From Octopus bimaculoides (taxonomy: Eukaryota), in assembly GCF_001194135.2 (NCBI RefSeq), contig NC_068994.1:15068719-15120941 (forward strand): DNA of 52,223 nt, given 5' to 3'. Each line of letters opens with the position of its first letter. The first letter of the stretch is position 1. Under the pieces are notes generated by a model, which saw nothing but the letters and a program-made list of their open reading frames with translations, had not been told where the DNA came from and searched no databases. The position numbers and the translations under genes were made by a program. This document shows, one piece after another, positions 26,168-36,642 of the stretch.

Positions 26168-28210
26168 CATCAATTTCTTTTTTCTTAAGTTGCAATTTAT
26201 CTGCTAACGATCGCAATTAGATTTAGAAGTCTGTCAATTATGCTTTTTTAGTTTTTTTTTCTTCCGAATATGGCATTTTTTTTTATTAACATTTAAACAG
26301 CTAACAAACCACTTTAGCTAAACCATTCTACAAATAAAAATGTTTTAAAATCACCCAAGATTTAAATAAATTTATTGCAAATAATTCCTCAAGTAAAATA
26401 ATCTGATATGCAATCATTATTATTATTACTATTTTCAATTATATCGCATTAAGGTTATATAGTAAAAGTTAAACTTTTATTAATGCAATCTCTTACTTAA
26501 CACGTGAGAGATTTGTCAAGCTCCAAGAAATTAGTTATATCAAATGTTAGTTCAATTTCTATACGATATTCTCTTCCGAATATGTTGATAATAAACATAA
26601 AAAATACTTCCATCATTTACTATAAAAGCTCGAAAAAAAAAAAAAACGGAAAAAAGAGAGCGAAAAAAAAAACTTGGTGAGCAATTTCTTTAAATATTGA
26701 TCAAATTATCTGAGCTAAAGAATTCACATTGTTGCTGCTAGAACATTCTGCGCACCCCCCCCCCCCCATCAACTTCAATTTCAGAGATAATTTATGCAGT
26801 CTATTGTAGTATGTTTGATCTCTTAGGCTAAACTATATCAGTAACAGTTATCGTGTTTTAGAGACAACAAAAGGCTAGTTGACCAACTTTTGCATTTTAT
26901 CTATGTTGGTTAAAATATCGGATTGTCTTTCACAAAATTGTGTTGTTTTTTTTAAAATTTTAAAATTTTGTTGTTGTTGCAATTAAAATTGAAATGAAGC
27001 ACGGATTCTAACAACTAATATGTACGTGATTCCTCTTGGTTTCTATTTTATCAATATAGTTTAGTGTACTAAATAAAAATCTAATACTGTACAAGTCAGT
27101 CTGGTATCACCTGGTAGGGATGTTACAGACGGTAAGTACTTCAGCAATTTTTCTTCTCAGAAGAAGGAAGACAAAGCAGACTAATGTAAAATTTTATATG
27201 GCAATTGAAAGTTAACCTAGATGCTAGATCAACAATTTTAGCAACTATGATAGTTTGATTTTAATACACAACGACACAATTATTGATAGTATTAATACAG
27301 TTCTGATAAAATTTATCTTTAATTTTTATCCAAGGACAAAAAGAAATGTATATTTAAAAAAAAAATATTTATAACTCTCATACACAACCCTGTTACTTCA
27401 TTCCTTCTCTCAATGTATATAAAATTAATATAAATTATTAATTCATTGTTAAATACAATGAATTGGTATATGAAACACAAACAGGCATACATTATGCAGA
27501 AACTCTTCACAAATATATTTTCAATACCAGCCACTAATATATAAACAACATTATTTGTGATAGTGTTTTAGTGAATAAAACTTTTTTTTTCTGAAGTTGA
27601 AGAGGTGTGAAGTAAAATTAAATTTGTCAGAAAAAAAAAAAAGGTTTATAAAACAAAAAAATTTATATTCTAAATGTACAGTAATTCAATATAGAAAATA
27701 TAGCATTAATTTTAGAACATCTTGTACATCAAGCCAGAATTTCATGATACAGCAGAGGAACAAATGCATAAAGGTATCGATTTTTTTCACCTTTGGATGA
27801 TTTAGTTCAAAGCATGAATCAATTAGGTTTTCTAAATCTAAACGTGTCTTAACATATGAAATTTTAGAATGTTCACAGTTCAACTGAACTACTCATATAT
27901 ACCAATATCGTTTCAGGTTTAGATTTAATGCATATTTTTTTCTCTCACTGTCTCTTTTCTTTTTTGTTTTATATATATATATATTTTATTTTAAAAAAAA
28001 GAAGAAGATCGAATTGAAAAATAAAACGGGATTATATCATAAAACAAGTTTTGTTTTTGAAAGAGGAAATGTAAAGGATCGTCTCAATTTCTTGATATCA
28101 AAACTGAAATTCTAAATTCTGTACACAATGTTGCACCACCAAGGAAAAAAAAAATGCCAGTTTACATAAATCTTTCCAAATTCAAGAATTTATTTACACG
28201 AAAAATAACT

Positions 28211-28243
<33 letters not shown>

Positions 28244-30772
28244 TAGATAGATAGAGAGATGTATGTATAAAATTCTCATATATTTTAACATCTTTTCTCC
28301 ATTTTTAACAAAATTGTTGAGTTTTATGGGATTTTTTTCCATAAATTCATAACACATCATATACAAGTACACACACACATATATATATATATACACACAC
28401 ACATATATATATACACACACACACACACGTAATTTTCAATATTTTAATGAAAAATCAAGTTATTGAATATTTCTGTGATTTTAATAATATTAACTGCTAG
28501 TATAACCAGTTTCTGGAAAAATCTGTTTTAGAGGTTTGAGAAGAATATAATATGCAACAATATTAAATAATTGTGCTCTAAATTCATAAAACTATGGGAG
28601 GGGTAAAGAAAATGAAGGGGGGGGGAGTGAAGGACAAGAGATTTAGAGGCGGAGAAAAAAATTCTAGCAACACAAGAGTTTAAACTCAGGAATGGAAACA
28701 AAGGTTGTATAAATTTAATACCTAAAATGCAGTTATCTCAGCTACATAGCATCATGAAAACTATGGCTACAGTGGTTATCAATATACAAACATAAACGAA
28801 TAGCGAAATAGGTTTGCATCAGCAAAAAAAAAAAAAACTCTCCACTCGGCAAAACGTCCGAAGAACCTTAAATACTTTTTAACTGTTATAAGACGAGTAA
28901 CAATTAACTTTCTGAGATATTAATATTCGCAACAAACCTACAGCGCCTCATTTTTAATGAAGTCAGAACTTTTCCATTATTATTTCATTTTCTAATCTCT
29001 CTCTCACAAACACATTCACACACAGATGATACAACGGCACTTCGTTTTTAATATACTCGGTCTTATGTTCTGACTACAAATCCACTGGACATTGTTAGCG
29101 TATAGGAGGAACACGAGGGGGGAAGGGCGGCGGGGGGGTATTCATGAAAGAAATAAGATATAGACAAGTGTGTAAATAAATGGGTTACAACAATCAGCCA
29201 GTGCAGCAGCAACCCAGTTCAGTAGGTGTGTCGATAGGAAAAGATTCTGATTGGCGACCCAACTGTTCCATAAAACATTATGCACACACAAGTGTGCACA
29301 CATTTTCGTTCGCTTCTTCCTAATTGGAAGCGAGATAAAGGAAAGAGAAAGAGAAAGAAGAAGAAGAAAAAAGTTGATTCTAAAACTATCAGCTAACGCT
29401 TCGTTTAACTAGATTCCCCAACCCCATGAAATTACTTTATTCGAATCTTACGCAAGAAAAGATTATCCATTAAGCAAGCATGTTAGCACTTCTTTATACA
29501 TACATACATATATAAATATGTGTGTGTATATATGCATGTCTATGTGTATGCGTACGCGCTAGTGCGTACGTATGAATCTATGAATATGTACGCATATGTG
29601 CATGGTGTGTATGCATGTATAAGAACAGATAAAGTGAAATAAAAATACCTGGTAAGATAAAAGAAGCCCAACCGATATTAGACTAATATGTATATTAAAA
29701 AAATTGTATTTCTAACAATAGTAACAATAACTATTTGCTTCTGTTGAGTAAATTAGGTTAGAAGAGAAAGAGGAGGGGTGTTATAATTTCATAACTGGAG
29801 AAATATAATTAGGATAACAACAGATTTGTCAGAATAAATTATTTCAACTGAACTCGAGAATTCTAAAATAAGATTTCCTTTAGTGATAAAGGAAATTGGA
29901 AAAAGTAAATATAAAAAAAGAATAGAAAAATGAAGCAAGGCTATCATTCTCCTGATACTGATAAAATATTTCCTTTTACAAAAAGAAAGAAAAAAATGTT
30001 CTCATTCAATCACTTGAAAGAAGATAAAGAGGTTTATGCTGTCAGAAAGTTTTTAAAAAACCGTTAGCTAAGAACATTCTCTTTTAAACGATTCCGAAAG
30101 GAATTGAGATTGACCTAATATACCTTATAAATGAAACTTTAAGCTCGCAAAGTAAAAATGTGAGGAGAAATTAAGACAAAAACTTAATTCATATTTTATA
30201 ACAAAAAAACAAAAACACCTTTGTTAAAATCAATATTAAGTTTTAGGAGAAACAGAAAGAAACTAAAAACAAAATAATGTTAATATTTTTATGAATTCTA
30301 AAAACTGCACATTATTAATTATTATTATCATATAAAAATATGAGTTTACATATAATTGTTATATATGTAATTAAATAAGATCATGCAACAACAAAGAGAA
30401 TTTAGAGAAACGTTTGACCCCGAAAAAGAAAAAAAAAAAAGACCCCCATCGCCACCACCACCAAAAGCAGACAACTGGGTTAAGAATTTCGAGTTAAATT
30501 ATTTGCAATCAAAATGATTACTGATTTATTCTCTTCACGAAGCAACATGGGAGACAATGAAAAATATTTTCACTGATAAGAGACCAGGCAATATGGTCAA
30601 AAGGCAGAATGGACAAGCACATATTATTACTTAACCAAGAAACTATATTTCAGTGCTTTCATAATATATATAACACTGAATCTCTTAGCAGACAAATTCA
30701 GAAATTTGGCGAAGGTTGAGGGAGATAGGATCGATGAAATCAGCCCCAATAATAAATTACCTAATAATAATG

Positions 30773-30805
<33 letters not shown>

Positions 30806-33800
30806 TTTACTCAAGAATCAAGCTTTGGTTCAGTCAAACAAAAGATGATAAAATATACCAGTTTATTTAGGTGTTTGGTGGTCCAGAAAGAGAGAGAAAG
30901 AGAAAATTATAAAAAAGGAATTTAGTAAAAATATCAATACCTTATATAGACATAAAGCTTCAGATTTATTGAAAGAAACACATGGGAAATTGTGACATTC
31001 ATGCCTTTCTCGAAGTAACGAAACAAGTCGTGAACACAAATATTTCCAATTTGGAAAAAAAAAAACCCGTTAAATTTTATACATTTTATTTTCCTTTTAA
31101 ATTTCACATATATATATNNNNNNNNNNNNNNNNNNNNNNNNNNNNNNNNNNNNNNNNNNNNNNNNNNNNNNNNNNNNNNNNNNNNNNNNNNNNNNNNNNN
31201 NNNNNNNNNNNNNNNNNNNNNNNNNNNNNNNNNNNNNNNNNNNNNNNNNNNNNNNNNNNNNNNNNNNNNNNNNNNNNNNNNNNNNNNNNNNNNNNNNNNN
31301 NNNNNNNNNNNNNNNNNNNNNNNNNNNNNNNNNNNNNNNNNNNNNNNNNNNNNNNNNNNNNNNNNNNNNNNNNNNNNNNNNNNNNNNNNNNNNNNNNNNN
31401 NNNNNNNNNNNNNNNNNNNNNNNNNNNNNNNNNNNNNNNNNNNNNNNNNNNNNNNNNNNNNNNNNNNNNNNNNNNNNNNNNNNNNNNNNNNNNNNNNNNN
31501 NNNNNNNNNNNNNNNNNNNNNNNNNNNNNNNNNNNNNNNNNNNNNNNNNNNNNNNNNNNNNNNNNNNNNNNNNNNNNNNNNNNNNNNNNNNNNNNNNNNN
31601 NNNNNNNNNNNNNNNNNNNNNNNNNNNNNNNNNNNNNNNNNNNNNNNNNNNNNNNNNNNNNNNNNNNNNNNNNNNNNNNNNNNNNNNNNACATTGTCTCA
31701 GTCATTTTATTTATGGCGGTAAGATGCAGTTTGGAGGAAGATTTGGCTGTTGTTTCTAGCAAGTCGAGAGCTCCACTTAGAGTTGGTTAGTCTGTGTAGA
31801 GCCTAGTTGGTTGCGATATGTCTGTCGGTGATGGTGAATGGAAAGATTGGTAAAAGAGGGGTGTAATGGACAAGGAAAGCGCGAGAAGTGTGGTGTTGTG
31901 TGAGAGTTGGTAGAGGAGGAATCAATTGAAACTGGAAAACTAGGGAGAGAGAAGGGGAAAGAAAAAAAAAGAAGAATCAGGTGACGGCAAGGAAAGGCAA
32001 GAACGTCAAATGATAAATTGAAGTAATGGTAGTGTGGTGGTGGTGGTAGTGTGGTGGTGGTGGTGGCTGATGGGGGGGAAGAGCGAGAAATCAATTGAAA
32101 CTAGCATAGGAATAAAGCGACAAATGATATTGCAAAAAAACAAAAAATAAGTGTTAAGGAGAGAGAGAGAAAGAGAGAATGGTATTTTGGCAAGTGGCGA
32201 CGGTAGAGATGGAGATGAAGGGACAAGCGCGGTTAACAGACAGAACAGCACGGTGATGGGACGGCGGAGGGGGGAGGAAAGAATACGTAGAAGATAGAGT
32301 AGAGTAGAGAAGTGTGTGGAAAAATACACAAAGGTGATGGTGATAAAGCAAGTTGCATTGAAATGAGCTCGGTGGTGGTGGTGGTGTTGATGGTAAAGAC
32401 ATACATACAGAAGGGGAAGTTGTGGTGGAAAAGAATAGAGAATAAAGAGGAAAAGAAAATTATAAACGAAAAATAAAATAAAACAAAGAAAGAATGGATA
32501 GATGGATGGATGGATGGTGGCAACAGTGTGAAAAATAAAGTGCTAAGTGACAGACAGCTAGCTTAAGTAGTGATGATGAAAGTGGTGGTGGAGTATCTTA
32601 AAAACCGTTCGGTACAACGTCGCCCACTTAAATAGGTCCCTCAACACATGGTTGAATCGAATGGCAAATACGAACTAAGGAAGGGGAGCTTCTCTCTCTC
32701 TCTCTTTATGCGGGCGATCGACGAGCAAGAAATAGCAGCCAAATGTTCCTTCAAATATCAACTACACCACTGTCCTTGAATAACGAAGAGACACCAACCA
32801 CACTGATCAATGTGGTCCTAGATTTACATGAAATAAAAAACAAAACAAAACAAACAAAAAAAGACAGTATGGTCACGGCTGGAACGCCTTTTGCTGATAG
32901 GTTTCTGTTCGATCGGGAGTGTAATGGGGTTTGCGGGTGGGGTGGGGGCAAGAAGCGAGTGCTTAAATGGAAATACAATAGACAGAGAAAGGTTGGTTGT
33001 ATAAATAAATGGATCACTAAGTTGGGGAAGAGAAAGAAAGAAAGAGAGAAAGAAAGGAAAACTCATACATCCATACGTGTGTTACATACTAATTTTTACA
33101 TTAACACATTAGCTTACTCGACACCAGTTTCAAATAAAAAGCCATGGTTCACACACGCACACACACACATATACAAATATACACACATACAAATATACGC
33201 ACACATACACAAATATATACACACATACACACACATTATTAAACGCTCGCGCGCACCACTTAAACACTGATATCTCTCAACCAACATCGTTTTCCAGTTT
33301 TGGAAAAATTCAAAATGTTTCTTCATTCCGTCTGTCAAATGCAGACGCTCGTTTCTAAACCAAACCAAAAAGGAAAGGAAAAAAGAAAGGAAACAACTAC
33401 AACAATAATAATAATAATTTCTTTTACAATAATAATAATGATAATAATAAAAAACTGCTAGAGATTGACCGATGACCAGACCAGACCAGACCAGCTTTAG
33501 ACATTAGTTACACGAATTACAAATAAATTACAAAGACATCAATTTAAAACAAAGCGCAGACTGACAACGATTTTTGTATTTCTTTTAAAGCTTCTCACGA
33601 ATAAAATAGTTGAAAAAATTGTAGTAAATAGTAAAAGTAAATGAATTTTTTTTTTTAAATTAAGGAAGTTAGATAATATTTCCAATATGTTCAGATGAGA
33701 TAGATAAATAGATAGATAGATAAATTGATAGATAGATAAATTGATAGATAGATAAATTGATAGAGCAAAAGAGACAATGTAATTTTATATTTAGAAAACG

Positions 33801-34133
33801 GCCAGTTTAACTCTTTGACATTCAACTTGGAATAATTAACCCACCCCATACTAAAAGGTCTTTAGAATTGTAATTTTTCTTAATTTAATATATTTTAAAA
33901 ATCTGTGACAGTTGTGATTCTTGCGTGTGTATTACATGTACATATACATGCATGTATATTTACACACATAAAATATACATTGACAAGTATACATATAAAT
34001 ACATATGTACACATGTAGCTATACATGCATACACACATATGTGGATACACACACATATATATATATATTAATATATATATACATATATTAATACATACAC
34101 ATACATATATAGACGCACATATATATATAGACG

Positions 34134-34167
<34 letters not shown>

Positions 34168-34655
34168 TACACACACATCCATTCATACACACATATACTC
34201 ATTTATACACAAACATATACACATCCATTCATACACACACATATATATACACATATATATACATACACATACATAACAGATGAAGCTTTTCTTATTTACA
34301 TGAATGCATAGCATATGTGGATATATGTGCATGTGCATGCATATATAATAGAGATGCAGATTGTAAGTATGTATATATATATGTAGGTATGTGAATGTGC
34401 GGGGATTTTTGTTACCTAATTCTTTCTTTATTTTGGAAAACTCGATTATTGTTAGTTACATTTACTGTTAATCGTTAAAAAAAAATCCACAGAGAATAGC
34501 AGAAAACTTTACAGAAACTAATACCAGTTAGCAAGAAAATAATATAAAATAAAAATCAGAACAATATATATATTCTTTTTTAATACAACAACAAAAGCAT
34601 GCATTCCTTATGGACTTTCTCAAATAAAACAATAACATTTTTTTTCATCACTTAC

Positions 34656-34811
34656 AGACAGTTCTACGTTAGTAGTATCCTTGCCAGAAACTGCTCGTAC
34701 CACACCAGAGCGCCATTCCCAGTCAGAAATTTTCGCAAGTTTTAATTTTCCAGGACCAGAAACATACAAAAATCTTTTCCCGACAATTTCTTCCCGGTAT
34801 TTATACGCCAT
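34656..34811 (-). CDS. JMJD1C: First coding exon of a KDM3/JMJD1C-family JmjC histone H3K9 demethylase (52 codons, phase-0 donor)
   Basis: Encodes MAYKYREEIVGKRFLYVSGPGKLKLAKISDWEWRSGVVRAVSGKDTTNVELS, matching the recalled JMJD1C N-terminus (MAVETRAELVGKRFL...WRAGVIRAVS...DLA|VYVEFD). ATG at 34811 is followed by a canonical GTAAGT donor starting at 34655. The remainder of the 63-aa ORF is intron read-through. Confidence 0.93.
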
Positions 34812-35887
34812 TTCTTACGTTATATATCCATGGTGCAGTTTTTTTTTCGCCATCAGCTCAGCAAAACACACACATTACATTAAATCTCATGGAATGTCTT
34901 TCGCGTAATGTTATGGGGTGTAGGAATATACATGAAAGTGGGGCGGTCACGAGGTCAAGTTAGAAATGGTCTCCGCCGCGACGGTCCATATAGATTAAGC
35001 TACAATAAACATTGTTTTTTTTTTTTGCTATTGTTATAAATTCTTTTGCATTCTATCAGCAAATTTTATAGATACAAATACAAACGAGAAAATTATTCTA
35101 TATCAATTAAAAAAAAAAAAAGAAAATATCGAATATAATCATTTCACAGCAGATTTCTCGATTTCTTAAAATATCACGGAAATAAATTAATAAATAGCAT
35201 TGAGTAAATAAGAAAATTCCCAGAGAAATAAAAGAAAACACATGCGGGTTGCGTTAGTGTGAATGTGATATGGTTTCAATGTTATCAGCATGTTAGCAGA
35301 AGTGTAACAAGCTTTATCACCGCTTCAAATCATTCCGCATACACTTCTGCAAATAGTTCCATGTGCAACATTTAAAATAAAAAGGAAAAAGAAAGAAAAA
35401 ATGGCATTTTATTTTAATCTGGTTTTGAAAATTAGAAACGTTACTAGTTAAATTCCAGAAATTTAAACGTTTTTTATGATTTTATGCATCTGCAACTTAT
35501 TTGATTAATAAAGAATCACGAAATGCTTTCAAATCGGGAATTGAAAGTCGAAAGAAAAAAAAAAAATTAAACGAGCAGACGACATTTTCACAAAGCTTCT
35601 TTCAGCTTCTATATGAAAACAATTTCATTGTATAATTCATTTCAAATAATATTGCGTTAACATGTATTTAATAAGTGATTTGTTTACAATGCGAAACTAA
35701 ATACTTAGTTTTTTTTTTTTTGACAAGTGAATCTGCGGCGTTTTGTCATATGATAATGACGTCAGCGATTAGCCGCCATGTAATGCATAAAGATTGTTTG
35801 TGAAGCTCCTTACTTTCAAAGGAAAAGACTAAATCAGATCCGTTGATCGTGGCGTAAAATTACTTTAGTTGCGTGTAGTGTGTGGAT
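34812..35887. promoter_or_regulatory. Divergent (bidirectional) promoter and 5' leaders between JMJD1C and REEP
   Basis: 1076 bp between opposing ATGs and CpG-richer than the flanks. Contains GGGGCGG (34940-34946), TGACGTCA (35757-35764) and GCCGCCATGT, a YY1-like motif (35772-35781). TSS positions cannot be seen. Confidence 0.7.
34815..34853 (-). other. Upstream ORF MAKKKLHHGYIT*, in frame with the JMJD1C ATG; nested uORF MDI* at 34831-34820
   Basis: Minus strand reads ATG GCG AAA AAA AAA CTG CAC CAT GGA TAT ATA ACG TAA GAA ATG. The nested ATG lies in a GCACCATGG context. Whether these are in the mRNA depends on the TSS. Confidence 0.5.
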
Positions 35888-35919
35888 ATGGTATCCAGTT
35901 TAATATCTCGTATAGTTAT
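35888..35919 (+). CDS. REEP: First coding exon (32 nt, phase 2) of a REEP1-4 subfamily ER-membrane-shaping protein
   Basis: ATG GTA TCC AGT TTA ATA TCT CGT ATA GTT AT|GTAAGT = MVSSLISRIV(I/M). Recalled human REEP1-4 start MVSW(I/M)ISR(L/A)VV, also with a 32-nt first coding exon. Perfect GTAAGT donor at 35920-35925. Exon 2 (LVFGxLYPAY...) not found in the window. Confidence 0.85.
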
Positions 35920-36220
35920 GTAAGTAAATAATGTCTTATTTATCTATTCTTTATTGTTTAACACTGTCTAACCCAAATCCCTTTTTTAATATATATATAT
36001 TTTTTGAGAAGGATCAAGCAATTGACATCTAATTAACGTCTGTCAGGAAACACTTTGTCCAACTCGGCCCGATTTAACTGGTCAGCGAAATATTTCCGCG
36101 AAGTTTTTTCTTATTAGAGAATATAAAATTTAAGCTATTTTCATGACTATAATGAGTTTTAACAGATTTTTTTCCTATCGCCTACGTAAAACTTCATATT
36201 TGGCGATGAAATGGACAACA

Positions 36221-36229
36221 ACCGGAAGT
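36221..36229 (+). promoter_or_regulatory. ETS/GABP-type motif ACCGGAAGT in the proximal REEP intron 1
   Basis: Exact consensus match within a CpG-containing stretch ~300 bp after the donor. Function not shown. Confidence 0.35.
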
Positions 36230-36510
36230 TATTCCAGTCATTTCCCCCCCCCACTCTCCTTCTTGTTCGAAACTTAATGTTTTCAATATATGATATCTAC
36301 AATATATAATCGATTTCTCTTAATTACGAATATTATTTATCTATCTGTTTAGACAGTCATTTTAACTTAATAAGGTATACTAACTTGTCAGATTATGATC
36401 AAATAGGATCGTTAGATCGCCCACGGGGGTGATAGGTATGACAACAATTTACAGGTTTTTTTTCTTGGTTTTCTTGTCATCATATATATATATGGCTTAG
36501 TGAATTTGAA

Positions 36511-36642
36511 TTTTCAAACTTTTTGACTTGCGGACCCCTTTATATTTCAGGCTTTACCTTAGGGACCCCCTTATAAACGCTTATGAAATTTATACATAAA
36601 TATTTGCTTAAAATAACATATTTTTTTACATTTATCTATTTA
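36511..36642 (-). mobile_element. Partial copy of the hAT MITE family at 44258-44514, cut by a gap
   Basis: ttttcaaactttttgacttgcggacccctttatatttcaggctttacc is the reverse complement of the 44258 element's right end. Confidence 0.85.

Noticed and set aside
32743-33270. 175-aa ORF
   Set aside because: Low complexity, microsatellite-derived end, no recognisable domain or splice support.
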